Notes: generated from the sequence alone by a model not told the origin. A DNA stretch of 45,999 nt from Promethearchaeota archaeon (GCA_048938005.1 JBHLMQ010000021.1:1-45999), one strand, 5' to 3'; shown: positions 8,430 to 19,361, counted from the first letter of the stretch. Made by a program: numbers and translations.

Positions 8430-10064
8430 TTAAGGTAAAGGATTTAAATTTTCTCGAATAATTCTTTCCATAGTCTCATTCAATAACAATTTTTCTCTTA
8501 ACTTTGAGACTCCCAACTGAATTCTCTTTTTAAAGCTTGGATCTTCAATTAAATTTTTCCTTTCAGAAGAAAATTCGAAATTTGACCTTGTAGGCATGTC
8601 TTTATCGACCCTTTCAATCACAATGTTTTTCAAGCTATTGAAGGCGTCAGAAATGTTTTCATATATATCATTTAGGTCATTGGTTATATATCCTGGAAAC
8701 AATATATTCATATATTCTTCCATCTTATCCTCATCTTCAATAAATAATGTATAAACAGGGATATAAATCCATTGTACAGGTCTTGAAAATAAATCTGATT
8801 GATTATCATTGAGAGACCATCCAATTAATTTTTGAGCTTCCTGTAAGCAAGCATTATGTTTTATTTGAATAATATCCTTTATTTTTCCAATTAAATCTTC
8901 TATTTGAGTTTTTAAATTCTCTAACTTAGAGATTTTTGCCTCTTTTTCACTCTCAAATTGAGTTAATAGTTTATCCCTATCTTTTAGTTTTATTTGTAAA
9001 GAATCTTTAAATTTTGCTAATTTTTGTTTTGCTTCATTATCAATTTGATAGGCACGTTCTTTTAGCTCGTTGAATTTTTGGTTAAAAGCTTCAAGAGATT
9101 CTAAAAACTTTTTTCCCTCGTCTTTCAAATAAGCAAATTGATTTTCAAAATGTGGTAATAAATCTTCAAAAACTCTACTTTTTAAGGAATCACCACTTGT
9201 ATAGAACTTATTTTTGTTTAGCATCTCTTCTAGATGTCTTTCAGATGTTTTAAATAAAGTAGATATATTTTCAATTATTCTCTTTTTCTCATTAACATTC
9301 CATTGATCAATTTTATCTTGTTCTAATTTAGTTTGCTCATCTACTTGAAATACATCTATTGTTGAAGAGGTTTTGTTAATCTGACTAGAATAACGTGAAT
9401 CTATATCTTTTAATTGCACACTTAGATCTATAAGCCATTTACTTACTTCTTTATCTATTAATTCAATTTGAGTCTTCCATCTTAACGCATTCCCTTTCAT
9501 TGTATTAATTATTTGCCGATATTCTTCTGAGATATTTAAGGCATTTTCAGTGGAGATAATAGTATCTAATACAGTATAATCAGCAATCGGTTTATATTCA
9601 ATAAGAGGAATTATTTTTATTAGTGATTGAAGAAATACTGGATTAATTAAACCATCAATTTTAAGTGTGTGAAATTCAGATTCTTCTCCTTCGCCAATCT
9701 CTTCTGCTTCTTTATCTTTATACGATAGTATATCTATTAGGATATTTAATATTTCAACTTGAGTTCTATTATCTATGTTTCTAAGGATATGACCAATTAG
9801 AGGTTGACGAGGGGGATTAGAAAATCTGCCTGTATTATTAAAGAGATTCAAACCATCTAACATTATATGAGTACTAATTACTCCTTGGATACTCAATATA
9901 GGCCAGAGAAGTCCTGAAAAAGAAATAATTTTTTCATTCTTACCTAATTCTTTAGTTAAAAGGTAAAATGCAAGAGCTAATTCATCATTTCCTTGAATTG
10001 AAAGGGGTTGCGAACCTTTTCTAATAAAGAAGGGTAATAAATACTGATTTCCGTGTACTGTCAT
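8430..10064 (-). CDS. Hypothetical protein with long central coiled coil
   Basis: 544 aa; K/E/Q-rich heptad region approx. aa 175-415 between globular termini; no NTPase motif. Confidence 0.75.
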   Translation of the reverse strand: MTVHGNQYLLPFFIRKGSQPLSIQGNDELALAFYLLTKELGKNEKIISFSGLLWPILSIQGVISTHIMLDGLNLFNNTGRFSNPPRQPLIGHILRNIDNRTQVEILNILIDILSYKDKEAEEIGEGEESEFHTLKIDGLINPVFLQSLIKIIPLIEYKPIADYTVLDTIISTENALNISEEYRQIINTMKGNALRWKTQIELIDKEVSKWLIDLSVQLKDIDSRYSSQINKTSSTIDVFQVDEQTKLEQDKIDQWNVNEKKRIIENISTLFKTSERHLEEMLNKNKFYTSGDSLKSRVFEDLLPHFENQFAYLKDEGKKFLESLEAFNQKFNELKERAYQIDNEAKQKLAKFKDSLQIKLKDRDKLLTQFESEKEAKISKLENLKTQIEDLIGKIKDIIQIKHNACLQEAQKLIGWSLNDNQSDLFSRPVQWIYIPVYTLFIEDEDKMEEYMNILFPGYITNDLNDIYENISDAFNSLKNIVIERVDKDMPTRSNFEFSSERKNLIEDPSFKKRIQLGVSKLREKLLLNETMERIIRENLNPLP

Positions 10065-10239
10065 GGATATTATCTTGATTTTTTAATTAATTTCATTATT
10101 AAATAATTCAAATATATTAAATTTAAAGAGATTCAATTTTAAATTTTTAATCTTTTTTTGATAAAGAATAGAAAATTAGAATTCAATTACCATGAAAAAT
10201 TTCTAAATAAGGAAAAATAAAGTTTATAATAAAACAATA

Positions 10240-11115
10240 TTATTTGAGTTGTTCATAGTTGTTAGCTATTACCAATATGAGCAGTGCGAGTAATATTATT
10301 AAGGGGGGTAATATCGCTCTTACATGAGGTAAAGCGGCTACATCAAGCGCACCTTGTAATATTCTCCCTCCGATAAAATAAAGAAGGAATCCAATCGCAT
10401 TTAAAGCATAAGATTTTCTTAACACTCCAAAAGTTTTCCAAGCAAGATATAGGAAGATAAACGGTATCAACGCAAGAAACAAAGGCATAAAAATGAAATT
10501 GAATAAAAATCTCCCAAGAGGATATTCCCATGAGCCAATTGTTATTGTAACAATATTATCGGGTATACCATATCCACCTTGTGGTATCGATTTAACAAAA
10601 TCTGGATCCATAAAAAGCCACTCAGATAAGGTTAAAGCGAGAATTCCTATAATGATAGGAATGACAAATAATCCTATGCGAATAAGTTTTTTGATGTTAT
10701 TTTTATTTCTAAACCATTCTTTAATTGATTTTCCTTTCTCCTCCTTTATTTCCACCTGAGTATCTGGGGGAAGTAATAAAATCCCTAAAACTCCTACAGC
10801 GCAAGCAGTTCCCAACCAAGTAAAAAATGTAGCTAACCGATAATTAAACATTAAAAACGCAACAACTTCAGGCCCATTTGTTGCTCCATCAAATAATTCT
10901 GGAGCGTAAAAGTAATATACTATGAAAAATACTCGTGCAATCCCAAAACATAGAAAGAACAAGCTAAAAAACAACCAATATGATTTCTTTGAAGTTCGAA
11001 ATCTTATAAATAGGAAGTAGAAAAATAGTAAAATGAAATACCCAACTATAATAAAATAGAGTCCCATTTCTATTGCTTCCCAGAAATTAAGATATTGGAA
11101 ATCTTGAAATAACAT
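10240..11115 (-). CDS. Stand-alone 7-TM membrane protein
   Basis: Seven hydrophobic segments, basic loops after TM1, TM3 and TM5; no soluble domain. Confidence 0.75.
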   Translation of the reverse strand: MLFQDFQYLNFWEAIEMGLYFIIVGYFILLFFYFLFIRFRTSKKSYWLFFSLFFLCFGIARVFFIVYYFYAPELFDGATNGPEVVAFLMFNYRLATFFTWLGTACAVGVLGILLLPPDTQVEIKEEKGKSIKEWFRNKNNIKKLIRIGLFVIPIIIGILALTLSEWLFMDPDFVKSIPQGGYGIPDNIVTITIGSWEYPLGRFLFNFIFMPLFLALIPFIFLYLAWKTFGVLRKSYALNAIGFLLYFIGGRILQGALDVAALPHVRAILPPLIILLALLILVIANNYEQLK

Positions 11116-11235
11116 AATCAGTCAATTTTTTTTATTAATTTAAATAATAATATTATCATTTAGTTGTATAAAAATTTATTTCAATTTTGAGTTATTCTTA
11201 AAATACAAATATTATCAATTACTTTTAAAATCTAT

Positions 11236-12729
11236 ATGAAAATCGAGAATAACATTGAGACATTTAATTCATTAATAAAACGTCGTGGATTCATTTGGGG
11301 GCCATCACCGGAAATTTATGGAGGATTTGCTGGTTTTTATTCTTATGGCCCAGCAGGGATGGCTCTTAAAAACAATATATTAGATATATTTAGAAAAGAA
11401 TGTCGTTATTTTGGATTTGGAGAGGTTGAGTGCCCAACAATCATGCCCAGTATCGTTTGGGAAGCTTCAGGCCATTTAGAGAGATTTATCGACCCCGTCA
11501 TGAGATGTAAGAAATGTGATACATTATACAGAGCAGATAAATTTCTTCAAGAAAATTTACCGGATCTCGTAATTGATGGACTTTCTTCTAAAGAAATGGA
11601 AAAAATTCTTGAAAAATACAATTTAATTTGCCCAAAATGCGGAACTCCATTCGAAAAAATAGAAGAATATAATTTAATGTTAAAAACATCTGTTGGAAAT
11701 AACGTAACTGCTTATTTACGTCCAGAAACAGCGACTACAACTTATTTATTATTTAATCGTTTAAATCAAGATGCGCGACGGCAATATCCAATTAGGATTT
11801 TTCAATATGGTAAAGCTTATCGAAATGAAATCTCACCTAGGCAAGGAGTTCTTAGAATGAGAGCTTTTGATCAATTTGAGCTCCAATTGTTTATAAGCAA
11901 ACAACAAGAAATGGAGTTTGAAGATTACAATGAGATCAAAAACAAAAAATTACCATTTTTAGACTGGAAACATGAAGAAAAAGGTATTGACAAGCCAAAT
12001 TTAATAAGTATTGATAAAGCAATAAAGGATCGAATTATTAGAAAACCTGCTTTTGCATATTGTCTTTATTTAGGATATTATTTAACAAAAATCTTGGGTA
12101 TTCCTAAAAACCTTATTAGACTTAGGCAGCATTCAATTAATGAACGAGCTCATTATGCTGACGATGCTTGGGATTTGGAAATCGAAACGAGACAATTTGG
12201 GTGGGTAGAAATATGTGGTATCCACGATAGGACTGATTATGATTTAAGAAGGCATGCTGAATTTTCAAAACAAAATTTTGAAGTTAATATGGGATCTGAT
12301 CCAAATCTTAAAGAAATTCCTCAAATTCTTGAAATCGCATTTGGAATTGACAGAATTATCTATACTCTACTTGAAACCACTTTTAATGTTGAGGAAGGAA
12401 GAATAAATCTGAAGCTCAGCTCAAAATTAGCTCCAAATACAGTAGCTGTTTTTCCACTCGTCAGAAATAAAGAAAATATTAGATATTTAGCATTAAAAGT
12501 TCACAGAGATTTATTAGAAAATCGAATAAACTCATTTTTTGATGCCGCTGGCTCGATTGGAAAACGATATCGAAGACAAGACGAATTAGGAACAAAGTGG
12601 TGTGTAACTATAGATTATGAATCATTGGATGATAATACAGTAACCATTAGAGAACGTGATTCAATGGAACAAATAAGAGTAAATATCTCAGATCTTTCTG
12701 AAATTATAAAAATTAAGCAAGAAGAGTAA
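11236..12729 (+). CDS. glyS: Glycine--tRNA ligase, alpha2 (archaeal/eukaryotic) type
   Basis: EIYGG, YLRPETA, GKAYRNEISPRQG, RAHYA, EIAFGIDR, GSIGKRYRRQDELGT. Confidence 0.97.
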   Translation: MKIENNIETFNSLIKRRGFIWGPSPEIYGGFAGFYSYGPAGMALKNNILDIFRKECRYFGFGEVECPTIMPSIVWEASGHLERFIDPVMRCKKCDTLYRADKFLQENLPDLVIDGLSSKEMEKILEKYNLICPKCGTPFEKIEEYNLMLKTSVGNNVTAYLRPETATTTYLLFNRLNQDARRQYPIRIFQYGKAYRNEISPRQGVLRMRAFDQFELQLFISKQQEMEFEDYNEIKNKKLPFLDWKHEEKGIDKPNLISIDKAIKDRIIRKPAFAYCLYLGYYLTKILGIPKNLIRLRQHSINERAHYADDAWDLEIETRQFGWVEICGIHDRTDYDLRRHAEFSKQNFEVNMGSDPNLKEIPQILEIAFGIDRIIYTLLETTFNVEEGRINLKLSSKLAPNTVAVFPLVRNKENIRYLALKVHRDLLENRINSFFDAAGSIGKRYRRQDELGTKWCVTIDYESLDDNTVTIRERDSMEQIRVNISDLSEIIKIKQEE

Positions 12730-12865
12730 AATCTTAAATTTTTGCTAAATATTACGATCTTTTTGATTCCTTCAGAAAAAATTTTAAAGAGAAGGATTTT
12801 TTAAAAATATAATTTAAAAAGTTAACTTATGTTAAAATAACTTTAATTGGTTTATTTAGTTTAAA

Positions 12866-15670
12866 ATGAGATTTTTCAGATTTTTTAATATTGGAAAGAA
12901 ACGAAGGCAGAAAAACCAATTTCAAAAAATATTAATAAGCCTTTTCTTTACAATGATAATCTTATTAAATCTTTTATATATTAACGATAAGATAAATGAA
13001 ATAGATAAATCAAATAAGATTATTCTGACGGAAAATGAAAATGCTTTTGAATTCAATCCGCTGGATATACCAAAAGCAGCAGCGGATATTTCAATGCTTC
13101 AAAATCCTTATACTAGAAATTTTAGCCTAATACGGGAATTTTTTGAAAATAATTATCAATCGGGTTTAGATCTAAACACATTTACCTATTTTAGATATGG
13201 AGATACTAGTGGAGCGATTATAGATGATACAATATTTTCTGAAGATAATCTACTTTATTATAAATCATTAAAAAAGCCGGAGATCACCGCCACAGAGACA
13301 TTTGAAACTTATTTGAATTTAAAATCAACTCCTATGTGGTATAAAAGTGATAATGGTCAGTTTAAATATGGATTTGTAAAATCTATAGATAATTCTACAG
13401 GCCAAGTGAAGAATGATAATAGATATTTAGTTGACAATTTACTCCCGATTTTTCTCTTAATTGAAAATATTCATGATAAAATTGGTGAAATTTCAATAAA
13501 TGGAAAATTCCCTGCGGATTCAATTGCAGAAATGTTTGAACTTATTAAGTCGTCAGAATTCTGGGACGAGTCTAATAAGGGTTTTTATCATTATAATTTA
13601 TCTTATAACAAATATACGGAAAGTAATTTATATGCAATTTTAGCAAATATACAAATTCATCGGATTTATTGGGAGCTTGGTCTAGATGGGAATATCGAAC
13701 AACAAGCACATCTATTAGCAAACCAATCCATGCTAACACTTATAAATAAAATGTGGGATACTGATTACTTAGGATTTTATCATAATGCTTCTGACACTTG
13801 GAGTCTCGCGGGTGCTGGTCGAACAGATAAATACTTAGATGTAAATGCTTTGGGAATAATAACATTACTAGAATTCTGGATTGAAACTGGAATGCTTAAT
13901 TCTACGTATTTATCAATGGCAGAAGCACTTTATAACAAATTAAATCAGAAACTATGGAATGGTGAGCTATATGAATATAGAAGAACAGTAGATTGGGGTA
14001 GTTCAGTCCCAGCAGAAGAAGGAAGAATTGATCTTGAAGCGAATGCCATAATGATGAGTGCGTGTTTAAAATTATTCGAATTAACAGGGAATTATACATA
14101 TTATAAAAGGGCAATAAAGATTTTCGAAACATTCGAAGAAAAATTCTATGATAAGACTTATAAAGCATATAAAACCTCTGTCGGGGGCACTCTGCCTGAT
14201 GATGGGAAAAATTTTCATGCTAACCTGAAATTAAGTGAAGCTTATTTAAGTGCATATGAAATTTTTAATAGCACAATTTTAACATCAGTTTATAATTTAA
14301 CTGAATATTTCCCTGACTTTATTTTTAATCATGATTTTATGAATTTGACATCAACTTATTCATATTTCAAATTAAATCAATATTATAATTCATCAATTGA
14401 TTCATATGTGCCCTTTACCGTAAAATGTGATATAACAAATGCCAGTATAAATTATCTTTTTAAGTATCCAAATGGGACTTATATAACTCAACTTGAGTAT
14501 CAAATTGTTGATCCTTTAACCAACCATACTCTATTGTATGAAATTGAGGATACTTTACCGATAGAGGATGGATATTTTGTTTATGTTTGGGCGAACAAAA
14601 CCTATTTTAGAATTGCAGGTACTATAAAACTTTTCAATGTAACCTCTGGATTAACTATTAAGGCAATTGAGGGATTAGTAAGCACTCTATATCAAGGACC
14701 AATTATAAATGTATCTCTTGTTATTAACTACACACGCAGTGATAATTTAACATTAACTGCATCTTTAGAAGGGGAAGATATAAAAAATTACCCTTCTCAA
14801 GAAATTAATTTTACAGCATTTCAAGAAATTCGAATATCTTTTAACCTTACAGCTAAATTTGGTGCTTTACCTGGTACTAGTGAAATATCTTTTAAAGTTA
14901 AGCAAGGGAATCTATTTTACTTAGAACTCAAAAAGGTAATAGAAATTGGATATTCATTTGACTATAGTAACCTGTTATACCAAAGTAAAGTGGTTCCTGG
15001 AAATAATATATATGTATCAATGAACTTGAAAAATTTTCTCCCTAATGAAACCCAAACTTTGAATATAAGTTTTATAGGAATTACACAAAATTGCATTGAA
15101 GATTTCATACAAGAGGAGATACTAAATGAGAATGAAATAAAAACAGTATCATACAATCTAAAATCCTCAGATTCTATTATAAACGATACAATAACTATTA
15201 AGATGAGTATCTTAATAAACACAACAGAATACTATTCTGAAACATTTACAATAGAAATAATTCCTAGATTTGAGTTAATAAGTGTTTACTTTCCAGAATC
15301 TATACCACAAGGGACTCATGCTTATTTAATAATTAAAATTCAAAATAATCAGGAAAATTCAGAAGTTTTTTCGCTATATATAAATGGAGAAAAAGTTGGT
15401 ACTAATATAGATGAATTGATTTCTGGAGAAAACACAATTGTAGCAAGCGTTATACCTACAATTAATCCTTATGACTTTGGTGTAAAGACTTATAGAGTTA
15501 TATTAAAAGATAGCACAGATGAAGAAATTGAAAGATTTTATTTTGAAGTTGCTATAGAATTATCAACTTTTAATTTAGTCATTTTCTATTTATTACCTAT
15601 TATAGTACCTATTGGCATTATACTATTTTTCAAAAATAAAGATATAAAACATAAGAAATTAAGAAGATGA
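12866..15670 (+). CDS. Large membrane-anchored surface protein: six-hairpin glycosidase-like (alpha/alpha)6 domain + beta-sandwich stalk + C-terminal TM
   Basis: Basic N-terminus + hydrophobic signal; repeats of FWD/MWD/LWN/FYD..G.Y followed by KY..xN helices; beta-rich C-half; many NxS/T sequons; TM LVIFYLLPIIVPIGIILFF then KNKDIKHKKLRR. Confidence 0.7.
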   Translation: MRFFRFFNIGKKRRQKNQFQKILISLFFTMIILLNLLYINDKINEIDKSNKIILTENENAFEFNPLDIPKAAADISMLQNPYTRNFSLIREFFENNYQSGLDLNTFTYFRYGDTSGAIIDDTIFSEDNLLYYKSLKKPEITATETFETYLNLKSTPMWYKSDNGQFKYGFVKSIDNSTGQVKNDNRYLVDNLLPIFLLIENIHDKIGEISINGKFPADSIAEMFELIKSSEFWDESNKGFYHYNLSYNKYTESNLYAILANIQIHRIYWELGLDGNIEQQAHLLANQSMLTLINKMWDTDYLGFYHNASDTWSLAGAGRTDKYLDVNALGIITLLEFWIETGMLNSTYLSMAEALYNKLNQKLWNGELYEYRRTVDWGSSVPAEEGRIDLEANAIMMSACLKLFELTGNYTYYKRAIKIFETFEEKFYDKTYKAYKTSVGGTLPDDGKNFHANLKLSEAYLSAYEIFNSTILTSVYNLTEYFPDFIFNHDFMNLTSTYSYFKLNQYYNSSIDSYVPFTVKCDITNASINYLFKYPNGTYITQLEYQIVDPLTNHTLLYEIEDTLPIEDGYFVYVWANKTYFRIAGTIKLFNVTSGLTIKAIEGLVSTLYQGPIINVSLVINYTRSDNLTLTASLEGEDIKNYPSQEINFTAFQEIRISFNLTAKFGALPGTSEISFKVKQGNLFYLELKKVIEIGYSFDYSNLLYQSKVVPGNNIYVSMNLKNFLPNETQTLNISFIGITQNCIEDFIQEEILNENEIKTVSYNLKSSDSIINDTITIKMSILINTTEYYSETFTIEIIPRFELISVYFPESIPQGTHAYLIIKIQNNQENSEVFSLYINGEKVGTNIDELISGENTIVASVIPTINPYDFGVKTYRVILKDSTDEEIERFYFEVAIELSTFNLVIFYLLPIIVPIGIILFFKNKDIKHKKLRR

Positions 15671-15677
15671 GTAAAAC

Positions 15678-17372
15678 TTGATAAAGAATCGAAATAAGTT
15701 CAAAATCTTAGTATATTTAATTTTAATAGGTTTTCTCTTTAACACTTTATTAATATCATTAAATAGTACGCAAGTTTTTTATCAGAAATATAATAAATAT
15801 GAAAATGAGGAATATGTCCCTGAAATTGCTCAAGCTTTAGCATATTCTGACATTGATCAGAATGCTTCACATGTATATCGATGGTTTGATTCTATTAATT
15901 TTACTGTTTATACTTCTAAATTTCCAGATGCAAACTATACAATAATGCAAATATCGTTTTATAATGGATCTGTTGAATATTATAATATGGTTTCAGTTGG
16001 TAATAATGAATCTTTCTATGAATATAAGCCAAGATATAATGCCCCGCAAGGAATGCATAATGTCAGCTTTCTAATTTACGATGAATTTGGTATACTATTA
16101 AATGATCATACAACATATACCAATTTCACAATTCATGCAAATTGCTTTGCAAGTTTTAATAGTTTTGAATATTTCATTGGGGATACCCTAGATGCAGAAT
16201 TGACGGTAATTAATTATAGTACTTATCAGTTTAAATGGGACATTACTGTTGTCGATAGTATGAATGAGGGAACACAAAAAAATTTATTAAATCTAGAAAG
16301 TAATCTCAATCATTTCACCCTTCCGATAGATAATGAGACATTCCGTCAGGTAAATAAAAGATATTTTCTAAAGATAAATATGTCCGAGATAAGTAATACA
16401 AAAAAAGCAGCTGCTTATTTTCCTCTCAATGTAAGAAATTCAAATCCAAGAATTACTTCTAATATAAATCTTACCCCTGCTGAAGTATTTAGAACAGATG
16501 AATGTACAGTCTCATTAAATGCCACTGATATTGAAACGGCAGCAGAAAACTTAACTATTACTATGTATGTTCAAGATTCTGAAGGAGAAGATGTTCTCGA
16601 AGATATAATTGAGCATAAAAGTGGTAATTCTTTTTCAGATAAATTTAATATTCCATTGAATCACCCTATTGGTAAATATAGAATTAATGCTACTGTGAGG
16701 GATGAGGATGGAGGATTATCTTCAAAAGTAACTTTTCTGGTTGTAAAAAATAATGCGCCTGAAATTCATAGCTATACAATTAATGGAAAATCAATGAATG
16801 AAAGTATTTCTATACTATATGGCAGAAATCTGATATTTTCCTTTAATGTATCAGATGTTGAAGGAGTTGCATATGTCCAAGTAGCCCTTCTAGATGAAAA
16901 TAATGAATGGTATAATATTACACGAGCTTATAAAGGAGAAGATACTCAAATTAATATCAGAACTATCGAATTAATATCTGGAACTTGGTTTGTATATATC
17001 TATGTTATAGATTCGGATGGTGCAGTAACAAGTCTTATTGATGACTATAATATGGCACCTCAGGTAATAAGAATTATTCCAGATGTTTTAAGTAATTATT
17101 TACCATGGATTATATTCTTTTTTGGATTAATTATTGGAATACTTGGAGGTGTAGGAATTATATATAGATACTTCAAGTCAAAATATGTTGAATCTCAACC
17201 TATCCCCCCCAAAAAGAAAGAAATTCGTCCTAAGAAATCAATTGCCAAGAAAAAAGGAAAACCTGAACCAATTAAAAAGGAACTCGAGGAAAAGGAAATT
17301 GAAGAATTAAAACCTGAAAAAGAAGAGGAAAAAGAGGAAGTTCCAAAACGAAAAATAAGAAGAAAATTATAA
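15678..17372 (+). CDS. Membrane-anchored surface protein with Ig/cadherin-like repeats and Lys/Glu-rich cytoplasmic tail
   Basis: Signal segment; NSNPRI...ATDIE...VRDEDG and NNAPEI...VSDVEG...VIDSDG repeats; TM near aa 475-497; K/E/P tail; 7 bp after the previous gene. Confidence 0.72.
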   Translation: MIKNRNKFKILVYLILIGFLFNTLLISLNSTQVFYQKYNKYENEEYVPEIAQALAYSDIDQNASHVYRWFDSINFTVYTSKFPDANYTIMQISFYNGSVEYYNMVSVGNNESFYEYKPRYNAPQGMHNVSFLIYDEFGILLNDHTTYTNFTIHANCFASFNSFEYFIGDTLDAELTVINYSTYQFKWDITVVDSMNEGTQKNLLNLESNLNHFTLPIDNETFRQVNKRYFLKINMSEISNTKKAAAYFPLNVRNSNPRITSNINLTPAEVFRTDECTVSLNATDIETAAENLTITMYVQDSEGEDVLEDIIEHKSGNSFSDKFNIPLNHPIGKYRINATVRDEDGGLSSKVTFLVVKNNAPEIHSYTINGKSMNESISILYGRNLIFSFNVSDVEGVAYVQVALLDENNEWYNITRAYKGEDTQINIRTIELISGTWFVYIYVIDSDGAVTSLIDDYNMAPQVIRIIPDVLSNYLPWIIFFFGLIIGILGGVGIIYRYFKSKYVESQPIPPKKKEIRPKKSIAKKKGKPEPIKKELEEKEIEELKPEKEEEKEEVPKRKIRRKL

Positions 17373-17425
17373 ATAAAAAAAATTTGTTTTCAATTTCAGT
17401 ATTCTCCAGAACTTACTTTTCCTAC

Positions 17426-18346
17426 TTAACCTAAAATATCATGAAGCCTGTATTGGAATTTACCGAGTTTACCACCATAATTTCCTGCAGAAATTCGATT
17501 AACACCTGACACTTTAACTGCTGCTTCAATCCCCAACCTGATTGCATTTTTTATCACCTCTTCAGTTGCGCCGTCTATAACAATTTCAAAGACACATCCA
17601 TCCCCCTCTCTTAGCTGAGTATCTTCTACTTTCGTTCTTAATGTAGGGCAATAAGCTTGATTAGTTGTTGCAAAAAGACCTGGAATATTCTCATATCGAG
17701 TTCCCACCTTTGAACCTGAGGGTACAATACCTCCTGGAAAAGGGGTGATTACATTTTCTATACCCCTTATAGCTTCAATTGCCTTCTCGGCAGCTTCTAA
17801 AGCAGAATTTTGATTTTTCCCTATTATCAAAAAATTCCCTCCAGCAATTCCTTTTCCAACTCTGAGTGTTTCTTGAATTATAAATTCACCTGCCATAATA
17901 GGTATTTTCCATGTCGGAAATGAGTATACGCCATCTACTTTTTCTTCGTATTTATCTCCAAAGAATTTTAAAAAGAATCCTGTCTTAATTTCAAACTCTT
18001 TTTCAGGCTCTAAAGAACCGTTAATTCTGTCAAAACATGCAGTAGTAGGACATGTTAAGATGCATTGCCCTACACGGTGTAGCATTACATTACTAATTTT
18101 CTTTTTATCTTTTACAAAAAACATTAAGGCTACTCCTGGACGTTTATCAAGTGTTTTCTCTGCAGGTATTAATACATCAATGCCTGCTTCTGCATCACAG
18201 CCTATTCCCGAAGTACCATAACCTGTGGCCTCCTGAGCCGCTATCTTTACCCATTTTTCATTTGTTGCTGTAACTAAAATTCTCGTGAACCATGTTCCAA
18301 AAGCTTCACAGAAGGTATCTTCAATCTCCACACCATTTATTTCCAT
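17426..18346 (-). CDS. ftr: Formylmethanofuran--tetrahydromethanopterin N-formyltransferase
   Basis: MEINGVEIEDTFCEAF, RVGQCILTCPTTACF, GIAGGNF, PFPGGIVPSGSKVG, ISAGNYGGKLG. Confidence 0.97.
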   Translation of the reverse strand: MEINGVEIEDTFCEAFGTWFTRILVTATNEKWVKIAAQEATGYGTSGIGCDAEAGIDVLIPAEKTLDKRPGVALMFFVKDKKKISNVMLHRVGQCILTCPTTACFDRINGSLEPEKEFEIKTGFFLKFFGDKYEEKVDGVYSFPTWKIPIMAGEFIIQETLRVGKGIAGGNFLIIGKNQNSALEAAEKAIEAIRGIENVITPFPGGIVPSGSKVGTRYENIPGLFATTNQAYCPTLRTKVEDTQLREGDGCVFEIVIDGATEEVIKNAIRLGIEAAVKVSGVNRISAGNYGGKLGKFQYRLHDILG

Positions 18347-18518
18347 TTGATATCATCTCCTTAAAATCATGATTTTTCATTAAATATTTAATAATTAGTA
18401 TTAACTAATAGCATTCTATTTTATATAAAACTTTAAAAAAAAAATAAAAACATTGAAAAATTGTAGAGTTACATAATTCTAATTTTAAATTTTAGACCTA
18501 TAAAAAAAGTTGTTTAAA

Positions 18519-19361
18519 ATGAGTGAAGAAGGGAAAATACTTAACATTGGCATCTTAAAAAACGGAACCATTGGTTCATCTTTGTTACTGGCTTTCTTAA
18601 TAGACGAAAGAGCAGAAGCTACGAGAATTAAAGTGAGAGAGGTGACTTCTGGTGCAAAAATGCATCCTGCAGACCATTGTGTAGAAACTATGCGAAAATT
18701 ACTTGAATTTGAGCCAGAATTAATAATAATGTCTAGTCCAAATGCAGCTTTACCAGGACCTAAAGCTGTTAGAGAAATGACAGGAGGTATTCCGACGATT
18801 GTAATTTCTGATGCGCCAGCTAAAAAAGCCATTGATGAAATAAAAGAAAAGAATATGGGTTATATATTAGTAAATTGTGATAGTATGATCGGAGCACGTA
18901 GACCTTTCCTTGATCCAGTTGAAATGAGTATATTTAACTCAGATTTACTTAAAGTTCTAGCAATCACCGGAGCACTTCAAGTAATCGCTGAAGAATTAAA
19001 TAAGGTTATAATGGATATACTTGAAGACAGACCAACAACTTTGCCTCAAATTATCATCAATGCAAATATAGCAACTGAGGCTGCCAAGTTTTCTAATCCT
19101 TATGCAAGAGCAAAAGCTATCGCCGCTTTTGAACTAGCTGCTTCAATTTCCAAAGTTACTGGAAAGGCTTGTTTCCAGTTAAAAGAAAGAGCTGATTATA
19201 TGCCATTATTGGCTGCAGCTCATGAGATGATGAGAACAGCAGCTTTAATGTGTGATGAAGCAAGAGAAATTGAAAAATCTAACGATACAGTCATCAGAAG
19301 ACCACATCATGCAAAACAATATTTCTTAACTAAGATTGGATTACATGATAAAGAACAATAA
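18519..19361 (+). CDS. mtd: F420-dependent methylene-H4MPT dehydrogenase
   Basis: IDERAE, TSGAKM, SPNAALPGP, DSMIGARRPFLDPVEM, AAHEMMR, RRPH; ATG at 18519 preferred to TTG at 18510 on RBS spacing. Confidence 0.95.
   Translation: MSEEGKILNIGILKNGTIGSSLLLAFLIDERAEATRIKVREVTSGAKMHPADHCVETMRKLLEFEPELIIMSSPNAALPGPKAVREMTGGIPTIVISDAPAKKAIDEIKEKNMGYILVNCDSMIGARRPFLDPVEMSIFNSDLLKVLAITGALQVIAEELNKVIMDILEDRPTTLPQIIINANIATEAAKFSNPYARAKAIAAFELAASISKVTGKACFQLKERADYMPLLAAAHEMMRTAALMCDEAREIEKSNDTVIRRPHHAKQYFLTKIGLHDKEQ

Noticed and set aside
8430-10064. SMC/Rad50 ATPase or ESCRT-III
   Set aside because: No Walker A/B or signature motif; length and globular termini do not fit Snf7-family proteins
10240-11115. 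Microbial rhodopsin
   Set aside because: No retinal-binding Lys in helix 7 and no helix-C rhodopsin motif
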